A stretch of 64,000 nucleotides of DNA from Dehalococcoidia bacterium. Lineage in GTDB: Bacteria > Chloroflexota > Dehalococcoidia > UBA2979. Position 1 is the first letter of the stretch; each line of letters begins with the position of its first letter. The notes under the pieces were generated by a model, which searched no databases, was not told the origin of the DNA, and saw nothing but the letters and a program-made list of their open reading frames with translations. Where the stretch lies: contig CBDCPB010000004.1 in assembly GCA_965220125.1 (NCBI GenBank), forward strand, positions 1,580,775-1,644,774, given 5' to 3'. This document shows positions 9,820-18,617 of the stretch, in pieces. A program made the translations under genes and the position numbers.

Positions 9820-9846
9820 TTAGCACTCTCGCGTGGAGAGTGCTAA
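9820..9846 (+). promoter_or_regulatory. CIRCE element (HrcA operator) overlapping a probable leaderless promoter
   Basis: Exact consensus TTAGCACTC-N9(TCGCGTGGA)-GAGTGCTAA; -10-like TAAGAT at 9844-9849, ATG at 9856. Confidence 0.92.
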
Positions 9847-9855
9847 GATCAGCGC

Positions 9856-10806
9856 ATGAGCGACCTCGTCCGTTACGAAGAGCAAATGCCGGACCTGTCC
9901 GCGCTGCGCGATCCCCTGCTGATCGCCGCATTCGGCGGCTCCTGGGGCACGAGCGCGGCCGCCGCCTTGCGCGAGCTCGTGGAGCACTGGGAGGCGGAAC
10001 CCCTCGCCTCCATCGATCCGCAGCTCTTCTTCGACTTCAGCGTGCGCCGCCCTCGCGTCCGCATCGCCGACGACGATGACGCGGAGCCCGGCGTGCGCGC
10101 GATCGACTGGCCGGGCAACGAGTTCTACCTCGCGCGCCCCGAGGGCGCCGATCGCGACCTCGTGCTGCTGGTCGGCGCGGAGCCGCAACTGCGCTGGCGC
10201 CAGTTCATCGACGCGGTCGTCGAGGTGATGGAGCGCGTCGGCGTGAGCGAGTCGCTGATGCTCGGCGCCTACCGGGCGGCGACGCCGCACTCGCGCCCGC
10301 TGCCCGTGCAGCTCTACTCGCGCGACGCCGAGCTGGCGGCGCGCTTCGGGCTCGTGCCCGAGCAGTGGAGCTACGAGGGCCCGGCCGGGATCACGACGCC
10401 GCTGGCCGTGGCCTGCGAGGAGCGCGGCTGGGGCAGCTCCAGCCTGCTGACCGCCGCACCGTTCTACGTGTCGGTGGAGCCGCACCCGTTCGCCGCCCGT
10501 GCGCTGATCAAGGCCCTCGGCGATGGCCTCGGCTCCGAAGTCGACCTCGCCGTCTTCGACGACCAGATCGAGGAGCTGTACGACGAGGCCGAGGACGCAC
10601 GCGGTCGCTCGGACGAGTTCGGGCGCTTCATCGAGACCCTCGAGCAGAACTACGACGAGACGCACCCCGCCCTCGATGCGATCGACACATCCGAGGTGCC
10701 GGAGGCGCCGGAACTGGTCGAGTCCGTCGAGTCCTTCCTGCGCCAGTTGCGCAACCCCGACGACAGCGGCCAGCCGCCGAGCGAAGCGGCCTCCGGCTCC
10801 TCGTAG
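9856..10806 (+). CDS. PAC2 family protein (proteasome assembly chaperone-like)
   Basis: FFDFSVRRP, GAEPQLRW, TPHSRP, YEGPAGI, PFYV motifs of bacterial PAC2 proteins. Confidence 0.85.
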   Translation: MSDLVRYEEQMPDLSALRDPLLIAAFGGSWGTSAAAALRELVEHWEAEPLASIDPQLFFDFSVRRPRVRIADDDDAEPGVRAIDWPGNEFYLARPEGADRDLVLLVGAEPQLRWRQFIDAVVEVMERVGVSESLMLGAYRAATPHSRPLPVQLYSRDAELAARFGLVPEQWSYEGPAGITTPLAVACEERGWGSSSLLTAAPFYVSVEPHPFAARALIKALGDGLGSEVDLAVFDDQIEELYDEAEDARGRSDEFGRFIETLEQNYDETHPALDAIDTSEVPEAPELVESVESFLRQLRNPDDSGQPPSEAASGSS

Positions 10807-10821
10807 GCGGCTTCGGGAACC

Positions 10822-11430
10822 TCAGACTCGCCCGGACGGTGTGCGCTGGTGCTGGAACTGGCTCACGCCCCGCGTAGGTTCCCCGGTGACTTCCTCGATG
10901 ATCAGTTGGCATATCGGGAGGCCGGGGTAGAGCTTCAACGGCATCGCTCCGAGGCACATCATCTCCAGCGTGATGCGACCATCCCAGCCGGCGTGGATCG
11001 TCGGCGCGGTGAAGTGCACCAGCAGACCGAAGCGCGCCCGGGAGCTTTTCCCTTCGACTCGCGCAGCGAGCGCCGGCTTGCCGGCCGCACTGCCGCCCAG
11101 CTCCGCGGGCAGGGGCAGCCTCACAACCTCAAGTGTCTGGCCGAGGATGAAGTGCTCCGGGCCTGGCTCCAGCTCGTAGCCGCGAGCGTCGATCTCGAAC
11201 TGCTCCGTCACGGCGTCGAGCGTGGCTCCGATGCTGCCCGGCCGTCCGAGATCGATCACCGCGTGCGGCATCCGCCTCGGCTTCGACAGTAGGGGGCCAA
11301 GGTGCAGATCGACCGCTGTCGTCGAGTACGGGCTGCCCCGCAGGTCTCCGCGCTCACGCGGCGGCTCGGGGTCGATGACGATCCGGCCATCGTCGAGCGC
11401 TTCGACGATGGTTGTGTTGCTGAGGATCAT
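10822..11430 (-). CDS. dcd: dCTP deaminase (dUTPase fold)
   Basis: MILS start, EGKSSRARFGLLVH.TAPTIHAGW.G.ITLE, ICQL, SQFQHQ. Confidence 0.85.
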   Translation of the reverse strand: MILSNTTIVEALDDGRIVIDPEPPRERGDLRGSPYSTTAVDLHLGPLLSKPRRMPHAVIDLGRPGSIGATLDAVTEQFEIDARGYELEPGPEHFILGQTLEVVRLPLPAELGGSAAGKPALAARVEGKSSRARFGLLVHFTAPTIHAGWDGRITLEMMCLGAMPLKLYPGLPICQLIIEEVTGEPTRGVSQFQHQRTPSGRV

Positions 11431-11684
11431 GCCGAGACGAGGTCTTCCTCGCTCACCCAGGCAAAGCCGTTACCGAACAGGTGCTCACCAGGGACGAACA
11501 CGAGCGCGCGACCGTCCGAGCGTTCGAGCAGCACCACGTGAACCGTGGGGCGGCCGTCCCGTTCCTCCACGGAACCATCGGGCACGATCACGCAGTCGGG
11601 TTCCCCCTCCTCGCCCGCGTGTTCGACGAGGAACACTCGCTCGTTCGAGAACATCCCCGGCTTGATCTGCCCGCGGAGCCTCAT
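11427..11684 (-). CDS. Hypothetical 85-aa protein translationally coupled to dcd
   Basis: ATGA overlap with dcd; ATG lies at the IS junction. Confidence 0.7.
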   Translation of the reverse strand: MRLRGQIKPGMFSNERVFLVEHAGEEGEPDCVIVPDGSVEERDGRPTVHVVLLERSDGRALVFVPGEHLFGNGFAWVSEEDLVSA

Positions 11685-13305
11685 GTCGTTGAGCAGCGAT
11701 TCGGTCAGTAGTTAACGGAGCAGCGATTCTGTCAGTCCCCAGCCAGCGAGCAGGGGGTGACAGGTGCAGCAGTCCGAAGAAGCACGACGCTACGTACTCG
11801 AAGGGGTGATGGCCGGAGATCTGCGGGCCGCGCAGGCCGCCGAGATCCTGGGCCTCAGCGAGCGACACGCGTGGCGGCTCCTCGCCGCCTACCGCGCGCG
11901 CGGAGCGGCGGCGCTGGAGCACGGCAACCGGAGGCGCCGTCCGCACAACGCCGTCCCGGCCGATGTCGCCTCGGCCGTGGTGCGCTTCGCCAGCACCCGC
12001 TACCCGGGAGCGAACCACACCCACCTCGCCGAGCTGCTCTGGGAGCACGAGGGCCTGGACGTGAGCAATTGGACGGTCCGCCGGATCCTGGCGCGGGCCG
12101 GCATCGCGAGTCCCCGCCGCCGCCGGCCCCCCGAGCACCGTGTCCGGCGTGAGCGCATGCCCCGCGAGGGGATGCTGCTGCAGATCGACGGCAGCCACCA
12201 CGCCTGGCTCGAGGAGCGCGGCCCGCGCTTCGCCTTGCTGCTCGCCGTCGACGATGCGACCGGCGCAGCCGTGCACGCCCTCTTCCGCCCCGTCGAGGAC
12301 GCGCGCGGCTACTTCCTGCTGCTGGAGGAGATCGTCCGGCGCTGCGGCATCCCGCTCGCCCTCTACAGCGACCGCCACGGCGTCTTCAAAGCCTCCTCCG
12401 ACGGACGGCGGGGCCTGAAGGTCGCAACCCAATTCGCACGGGCGATGCGGGAACTCGGGATCACCCAGATCTTCGCCCGCTCACCACAGGCCAAGGGCCG
12501 CGTGGAACGTGCCGCAGGGACGTTCCAGGACCGCCTGGTGACCGAACTCAGCGACGCCTCGGCTTCCACCATCGCCGAGGCGCAGGCCGTGCTCGAGCGC
12601 TTCCTGCCGCGCTTCAATGCCCGCTTCCGGGTCCCGGCGGCAGAGCCCGAGCCGGCCTACCGCCCGCTCGACCCCGCGCTCGACCTCGGCGCCGTCCTCG
12701 GCTTCCGGCACCCGCGCACCGTCGCGCGCGACAACACGGTCAAGTACCGCTGGCGCACGCTCCAGCTGCTGCCCGGGCCCGAGCGGACCAGCTACGCCGG
12801 GGCGCAGGTCGAGGTGGTGGAACGGCCGGGCGGCGAGCTCTCCGTCCTGCATCAGGGGGAGACGATCCGTTCGCGCGAGGCGCCGCCGCGCGCCGGGGTG
12901 CTGAGAGCGGCGCGCTCCGAGCTGGCCCGGAACCCCGACCACGAGCGCATCGCCTCAGGGCTCGGCTCCGGAGGAGCACCCCGGCGGCTCCCCGTTGCCA
13001 CCGCGGCGGTGAAGGTGGCGAGCAACGGTGCTACCACCAGACCCGAGACCGGGAGCAAGCAGCTCCGCGCTCCCACACCCCGGCAGCTCGCCCGCTGGAA
13101 GGCGATCCAGCAGGCGCGACTGCAGGGGCTCTCGATGCGGGCGACCGCCAGGCTGCTGGGGATCTCCCGCGACACCGTGAGCAGCTACGTCCGGGCCAAC
13201 GGCGTGCCTGGACGCCGGAACGGCGCTGCGGCATCCTCCGACGGAGACGGCGGGACTGACAAAGTCGCTGCTCTCTTGCACTGACAAAATCGCTGCTCGT
13301 CGACA
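11684..13305 (+). mobile_element. Insertion sequence, ISNCY/IS1202-like
   Basis: TGT...ACA ends; inverted repeats TGTCGnnGAGCAGCGATT; two GAGCAGCGAyTnnGTCAGT sub-repeats at each end; flanking GCCTCA direct repeat (11678-11683 and 13308-13313). Confidence 0.88.
11764..13284 (+). CDS. DDE transposase (ISNCY/IS1202 family)
   Basis: N-terminal HTH, LQIDGS.H.W, VDDATG, YSDRHGVF, SPQAKGRVER...QDRL; extra C-terminal HTH. Confidence 0.92.
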   Translation: MQQSEEARRYVLEGVMAGDLRAAQAAEILGLSERHAWRLLAAYRARGAAALEHGNRRRRPHNAVPADVASAVVRFASTRYPGANHTHLAELLWEHEGLDVSNWTVRRILARAGIASPRRRRPPEHRVRRERMPREGMLLQIDGSHHAWLEERGPRFALLLAVDDATGAAVHALFRPVEDARGYFLLLEEIVRRCGIPLALYSDRHGVFKASSDGRRGLKVATQFARAMRELGITQIFARSPQAKGRVERAAGTFQDRLVTELSDASASTIAEAQAVLERFLPRFNARFRVPAAEPEPAYRPLDPALDLGAVLGFRHPRTVARDNTVKYRWRTLQLLPGPERTSYAGAQVEVVERPGGELSVLHQGETIRSREAPPRAGVLRAARSELARNPDHERIASGLGSGGAPRRLPVATAAVKVASNGATTRPETGSKQLRAPTPRQLARWKAIQQARLQGLSMRATARLLGISRDTVSSYVRANGVPGRRNGAAASSDGDGGTDKVAALLH

Positions 13306-13462
13306 ATGCCTCATGGCCGGGTTCTGTGCCACACTCGTCCCCCAATAGCACACAGCTGTGTCATGCCAATCGCACCCTACATGGCCCAGGAGTAGAACAC
13401 AAGTGCCCCTGACCTGCCCCGGCCGCTGCCGGTGTAGCATTCGCTGGTGCGAAGGAGCGACC

Positions 13463-13999
13463 ATGACCACCGCCGAACGCGACTCCGCCGCCGCGGACAT
13501 GAGCCAGCCGGGGATCATCGGCATCTTCGTGGCGACCGAGGCCGGCGCGCCGATGCAGCAGCGCCAGTGGGTCGAGGTCGTCCCGGACGTCGGTATCCTC
13601 GGCGATCGCTACGCGACCCGCCGCGGGCACTGGAGCGACCCGCGCTGGCGCGAGCAGCAGCTCACGATCATCGAGGCGGAGACCGCCGACGACCTCGAAG
13701 TGGAGCCGCATCTGCTGCGCCGCAACCTCGTGACGCGCGGCGTGCAGCTGCAGGGCCTGCTCGGCCTCGAGTTCCGCATCGGCGGCGCGCGGCTGGCGGG
13801 GATGCTGCCCTGCGACCCCTGCAACTACCTGCAAGACCTGCTGGAGCGGCCGGGGCTGCTGCGCGCGCTCGCCGGGCGCGGCGGGATCCGCGTGCGCGTG
13901 CTCGAGGGCGGACGAATCAGCGCCGGCGACGAGATCGTCGTGCTCGGCGTGCACGAGCCCTCGCTCGTGTTCGACGACGAGGCGGACGCCGGCTCGTGA
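13463..13999 (+). CDS. MOSC domain protein
   Basis: GILGDRY, LRRNLVTRG, PCDPC, GRGG.R.RVLEGGRI..GD; AAGGAG RBS. Confidence 0.85.
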   Translation: MTTAERDSAAADMSQPGIIGIFVATEAGAPMQQRQWVEVVPDVGILGDRYATRRGHWSDPRWREQQLTIIEAETADDLEVEPHLLRRNLVTRGVQLQGLLGLEFRIGGARLAGMLPCDPCNYLQDLLERPGLLRALAGRGGIRVRVLEGGRISAGDEIVVLGVHEPSLVFDDEADAGS

Positions 14000-15282
14000 G
14001 CCGCGAGGCGGACATCGCCGCAGCGGCGGCGCGCCTCTGGGCCAGCCGCGACCCCGAGGCGCTGCTCAGCAGCGGCGCGCGCGAGCTGAAGCCCGGCACG
14101 GCGACCGACTGGGGCCTGCCCGCCAGCGCCTGGCAGCTGGCCGCCAGCGGCACGGCGATCAGCCTCGCGGGCGGCATCCCGGACCCCTCGACACTGCCGA
14201 AGGCCGCGCTGCTGGAGGCGCTGGGCGAGGCGCTCACGAGCGACGACGACGGCGCGCTCACCTACGGCGGGGGACTCGGCTTCGAGGGCCTGCGCGAGCA
14301 GCTCGCCGAACGCTCGACGCACGAGCTGGGCCTGCCCGCGACGGCGGCGCACTTCATGCTCAGCAACGGCTCGGCGGGCGGGATCGCGATCGTCTGCGCG
14401 GCGCTGCTCGACCGCGGCGACATCGTCGTCAGCGAGTCGCCGACGTTCTCAGGCACGATGCGCACGTTCCGCGGCCACGGGGCCGCCCTCGTGACCGTGC
14501 CGGTGGACGAGGACGGCTGCCGCACGGACGCGCTCGCCGAGGCGCTGGCGAGGCTCGAGTCGGAGGGCCGCCGCGCCAAGCTGATCTACACGATCCCCAA
14601 CTTCCACAACCCGACCGGCAGCTCGCTCGTCCTCGAGCGGCGGCGCGAGCTGGTGCGGCTCGCCGCGGAGCACGGCGCGCTGCTGCTTGACGACGATCCC
14701 TACGGCGACATCCACTTCGACGAGGCGCGGCCGCCCGCGCTGGCGGCCCTCGCGGGCGGCCGCGGCGTGATCACCGTCGGGACGTTCTCCAAGACGATCG
14801 CGACCGGGCTGCGCGTCGGCTGGATCGAGGCCGAACCGGAGCTGATCGAGCGCTTCACGCGCGTGCGCTTCGACATGGGCGGCAGCCCGCTGCTGCACCG
14901 CATGATCGCCGGGTTCATCGAGAGCGGCGGCTACGCCGAGCACGTCGCGCGCATGCGCCCGCTCTACGCGCGCAAGGCCGAGGCGCTGCAACGGGGGTTG
15001 CGCGAGTACGCGGAGCCGTACGCGGACTTCCGCGCTCCCCGCGGCGGGTTCTTCCTCTGGGTGCGGCTGCGCGGCAGTCTGACCGCCGGCGCGGTGCAGC
15101 GCGAGGCGCTGCACGAGGGCGCCGTCTTCCCCGTCGGGCGCGCCTTCTTCCCGGACCACGCGGAACGCGGCGACGATCCCGGAGGCGACTACATCCGTCT
15201 CGCCTACTCGACCGCGAGCGTCGCGGATCTCGAGGAAGCGGCGGCGCGGATCGCGCGCGCCTGCGAGCGCGCCGCGGGGTAG
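13996..15282 (+). CDS. PLP-dependent aminotransferase class I/II (2-aminoadipate transaminase-like)
   Basis: YTIPNFHNPTG, DDPYG, TFSKTIATGLRVGW; GTGA overlap with the MOSC gene. Confidence 0.88.
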   Translation: MSREADIAAAAARLWASRDPEALLSSGARELKPGTATDWGLPASAWQLAASGTAISLAGGIPDPSTLPKAALLEALGEALTSDDDGALTYGGGLGFEGLREQLAERSTHELGLPATAAHFMLSNGSAGGIAIVCAALLDRGDIVVSESPTFSGTMRTFRGHGAALVTVPVDEDGCRTDALAEALARLESEGRRAKLIYTIPNFHNPTGSSLVLERRRELVRLAAEHGALLLDDDPYGDIHFDEARPPALAALAGGRGVITVGTFSKTIATGLRVGWIEAEPELIERFTRVRFDMGGSPLLHRMIAGFIESGGYAEHVARMRPLYARKAEALQRGLREYAEPYADFRAPRGGFFLWVRLRGSLTAGAVQREALHEGAVFPVGRAFFPDHAERGDDPGGDYIRLAYSTASVADLEEAAARIARACERAAG

Positions 15283-15307
15283 TCGCGCCGCGCGCCCGGC
15301 GCGGCGG

Positions 15308-16390
15308 CTAGTCCATCATCATCACCTGCCGCGTGACCTCGCCGCCCTTCATGATCTCCAGGAAGTCGTTGACGTCCTCGAGCGAGCCGCGGGTGGTGAT
15401 CATCTCGTCGAGCTTGAGCCGGCCCTGCATGTAGAGGTCGATGAGCATCGGCAGGTCCATGCGGAAGCGGTTCGAGCCCATCATGCAGCCCTGGATCCGC
15501 TTCTCGCCGCTCAGCCGCCGCCAGCCGAAGTTGAGCGGCTGATCCTCCGGGATCACGCCGATCAGCGTCGCGGTGCCCTGCGGCCGCAGGCAGTCGAGCG
15601 CCTGCATCGCCACGCTCGCCAGCCCGATCGCGTCGAACGAGTAGTGGACGCCCTCGCCGTCCGCGATCGCGCGGATCGCGGCGACGGGGTCCTCGTTCGC
15701 CCCGTTCACGGTGTGCGTCGCGCCGAACTCGCGCGCGACCTCGAGCTTGCTGTCCAGCAGGTCGACCGCGATCACGCGCTGGCAGCCGGAGACGACGCCG
15801 CCCTGGATCGCGGACAGCCCGATGCCACCGCAGCCGAAGACCGCGATCGAGGAGCCCGCCTCGACGTGCGCGGTGCGCATCACCGCGCCGAAGCCGGTGA
15901 TCACCGCGCAGCCGAGCAGCGCGGCCGCGTCGAGCGGCATCTCATCGGCGATCTTCACCACGCCGTTCTCGTGCAGCAGCATCTGCTCCGACCAGCCGAA
16001 GATGTTGGAGCCCCACTGGTTGAGGCGCTGGCCGTTCCAGGACATCACCGGCGGGTCGTCCGCACTGCGGCCGGGGCGGCTCGTGCAGACGTTGAGGTGC
16101 CCCGTCAAGCACATCTCGCAGTGGCCGCAGAACGTACCGCGCGCGATCACGTGGTCGCCCGGCTGCACGTAGCGGACGCGGCTCCCGACGCGCTCGACGA
16201 CGCCCGCGGACTCGTGGCCGAGCACGGCGGGCGGGGGCACGGGCGAGTGGCCCTCGACCATATGCAGCTCGGAGTGGCACACGCCCGCGGCGGCGGTGCG
16301 GACCAGCACCTCGTAGTCGCCCGGCTCGTCCACCTCGATGTTCTCGATGGTCAGCGGCTGGTTCACGCCGTGGAAGACGGCTGCTTTCAT
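15308..16390 (-). CDS. Zn-dependent alcohol dehydrogenase
   Basis: CHS, GHESAG, CGHCEMC...C, GCGGIG. Confidence 0.92.
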   Translation of the reverse strand: MKAAVFHGVNQPLTIENIEVDEPGDYEVLVRTAAAGVCHSELHMVEGHSPVPPPAVLGHESAGVVERVGSRVRYVQPGDHVIARGTFCGHCEMCLTGHLNVCTSRPGRSADDPPVMSWNGQRLNQWGSNIFGWSEQMLLHENGVVKIADEMPLDAAALLGCAVITGFGAVMRTAHVEAGSSIAVFGCGGIGLSAIQGGVVSGCQRVIAVDLLDSKLEVAREFGATHTVNGANEDPVAAIRAIADGEGVHYSFDAIGLASVAMQALDCLRPQGTATLIGVIPEDQPLNFGWRRLSGEKRIQGCMMGSNRFRMDLPMLIDLYMQGRLKLDEMITTRGSLEDVNDFLEIMKGGEVTRQVMMMD

Positions 16391-16579
16391 CCCGTACCCC
16401 TCTCGATGCGCGCGATCGGGCGCGGGCGGACGCTACACGACGCCAGCCGCCGATGCCACACGGCAGGCCGGTTGGAGCGAGGGCAATCCGGTCCCGCTCG
16501 GAGGTGAGGGGGCTCCGGGGCCGAGCGCGTCTCTCCTGTGGGGGGCCCTGCGAGGTTTCCTCGCGTCCTGAGCGAAGCA

Positions 16580-16680
16580 GCCCCCCACACCCCCATCCCG
16601 GACGAGCGCGCTGCGCGCGACTCGACCCACCCACCCGCCCTCGGATTTTCTCTCTGTGGGGGCTACGCCCCCACGCCCCC
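16580..16680. repeat. Dispersed palindromic repeat module (second copy at 22678-22783)
   Basis: GCCCCCCACACCCCCATCCCGGACGAGC...GACCCACCCACCCGCCC...GGATTT...CTGTGG..GGCT.CGCCCCCACGCCCCC shared by both loci. Confidence 0.8.
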
Positions 16681-16773
16681 ACCGGAGCGGATGCGAGAGG
16701 CGCGGGCTCGCGGACGAGGGTGGTCCGCTCTCGGGCCTCACCCCTCGCGCGCCCGACATCGAGAGGGCCGAGG

Positions 16774-17034
16774 CTACTCGTGCGGGTGGTGCGGATGTTC
16801 GTGGTGGTCCGCCGAGCCCTCACGGGGCTCCTCGGAGTCGCTTCAGCAGCCGGGCTCGCCGAGGTTGCCGCAGCAGAGCGAGAGCGTGCGCGCCATGGTC
16901 CACTTGTTGCGGGCGAAGAGCCGGAGCTTGACCGGGAACGGCGCGTCGTAGCGCTGGAAGTTGAGGTAGGTGGTGCGCCAGCTCCCGACGAAGCCGGCGA
17001 CGAGACCGCACAGCCAGTGCCAGCCGTTCGCCAC
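16774..17034 (-). CDS. Small Cys-rich protein, candidate selenoprotein (TGA at 16843-16845 read as Sec; 86 aa with read-through, 63 aa without)
   Basis: GTG start with GGAGGG RBS; ...CCGNLGEPGC-TGA-SDSEEPREGSADHHEHPHHPHE-TAG; hairpin right after the TGA. Confidence 0.65.
16808..16836 (-). promoter_or_regulatory. Candidate bacterial SECIS hairpin
   Basis: mRNA UCCG-AG-GAGCCC-CGUGA-GGGCUC-GG-CGGA starting 7 nt after the UGA; apical loop 18-19 nt from the UGA with G in its first two positions. Confidence 0.55.
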
Positions 17035-17237
17035 GCCTCGCCCTCCCGGTCCGCCGATGCACCCACAGGATACCGCGCGAGGAGCGCTCGACGCCGCGCT
17101 TGATCGCTCCGCGCAGGTACCCGACCGAAACGCCGTCTGCTGGTATGCTCCCCTCTGCGCGCCGGAGCGGCGGCGCAGGCCGCCAGCCCGAGGTCCGGCG
17201 AGCGGTCACGGGGCGAGCACCGAACGGGGAACCGCCG

Positions 17238-18566
17238 ATGTTCATCATGTACTTCACCGAGCAGCCGATGTCCGCCTACCCGGAGGAGGAGGCGCGAGAG
17301 CGCGACGGCCTCACGGTGCTCCGCTTCTCCAACGAGTTCTATGACTCCGATGCGGGCAGCGCGATCTACCAGGACCGCCTGGCCGAGTACAAGCTCGTCG
17401 ACGAGGTCGGCTTCGACGGCATCATGCTCAACGAGCACCACAACGCGCCGTTCTGCATGCAGCCGCAGATCCAGATCTGGGCCTCGATCCTCGCGGCCGT
17501 CACCAACAACGTGAAGATCGTGCTGCTCGGCGTGCCCCTGCCGCTGCGCGACAACCCCGTCGCGACCGCCGAGGAACTCGGCATGATCGACATGATCTCG
17601 CAGGGCCGCCTCGTGCCCGGCCTGATCCGCGGCGGCGGCACCGAGCAGTTCGCGATGAACGCCAACCCCGCCTACAACCGCGACCGCCTCGAGGAAGCGC
17701 ACGACCTGATCATCAAGACCTGGACGGAGCCCGGCCCGTTCCGCTGGGAAGGCGACCAGTACCACTTCCGCGTGGTCAACCCGTGGGCGCTGCCCGTGCA
17801 GAAGCCGCACCCGCGCATCTGGGTGCCCGGCACGTCCAGCCTCGAGACCGTGCAATGGGCGGCGGCGCACCGCTACCCCTACATCGGCCTCGGAACGGAC
17901 GAGCGGGCGCAGAAGCGGATCATGGGCACCTACAAGGAGGTCGCCGCCGAGAAGGGCTACGAGGTCGGCACCTGGAACTTCGGCCAGACCATCCACTTCC
18001 ACGTGCAGGACACGATGGAGCACGCGATGCGCAACGCGCGCGAGTTCATGTGGATGGCGGGCGAGTTCACCGGTCTCGGGCACCCCGTGTGGAGTTCGCC
18101 CTCGGGCTACCTCTGGGGCGCGCCGGACTCCCCGGCCGCGATCGCGCGGCGGCGCGGCGCCGTGGCCCGCAACAACCAGCGCACCGGCGCCAAGGGCCTC
18201 AAGTCCGCCGGCGGCGGCGCCGACTCCGGCGCGACGCTGCAGAAGCACCTCGACGACCTGACCTGGATCATGGGCGACCCGGACCACGCGATCGCGCAGC
18301 TGCGCAAGGTGCTCGAGCAGACGCGGCCCGGCATCGTCAGCTTCTACGCCACCGACGGCCACATCAGCCACCGCGACAACATGCGCAACATCGAACTGAT
18401 CGGGAAGGAGGTCATCCCGGCCATGCGCGAGATGGCCAAGGAACTCGACCTCAAGAGCCCCTTCGATGTCGACGTGCCGATCAGCCTCGCGACGACCCCG
18501 CCCGAGGATCTCAAGCCATACGAGTACTCGCTCGAGGACGACCCGATGTTCGCGAACATCGCCTAG
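17238..18566 (+). CDS. LLM-class flavin-dependent oxidoreductase
   Basis: GFDGIMLNEHH, AEELGMIDMISQGRL, PVQKPHPRIW. Confidence 0.9.
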   Translation: MFIMYFTEQPMSAYPEEEARERDGLTVLRFSNEFYDSDAGSAIYQDRLAEYKLVDEVGFDGIMLNEHHNAPFCMQPQIQIWASILAAVTNNVKIVLLGVPLPLRDNPVATAEELGMIDMISQGRLVPGLIRGGGTEQFAMNANPAYNRDRLEEAHDLIIKTWTEPGPFRWEGDQYHFRVVNPWALPVQKPHPRIWVPGTSSLETVQWAAAHRYPYIGLGTDERAQKRIMGTYKEVAAEKGYEVGTWNFGQTIHFHVQDTMEHAMRNAREFMWMAGEFTGLGHPVWSSPSGYLWGAPDSPAAIARRRGAVARNNQRTGAKGLKSAGGGADSGATLQKHLDDLTWIMGDPDHAIAQLRKVLEQTRPGIVSFYATDGHISHRDNMRNIELIGKEVIPAMREMAKELDLKSPFDVDVPISLATTPPEDLKPYEYSLEDDPMFANIA

Positions 18567-18617
18567 TACGCGGCGCGCGGCCGTTCAGACGATCGGGCGG
18601 AAGTTGGGCAACCGGGT

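Noticed and set aside
10822-11430. Known anti-phage dCTP deaminase (kinase + Zn deaminase)
   Set aside because: Protein is dUTPase-fold Dcd with no HAE/PCxxC or P-loop motif
13395-13406. LexA (GAAC-N4-GTTC) box
   Set aside because: GAACACAAGTGC has a mismatch in the core, is a single site, and no SOS gene is adjacent
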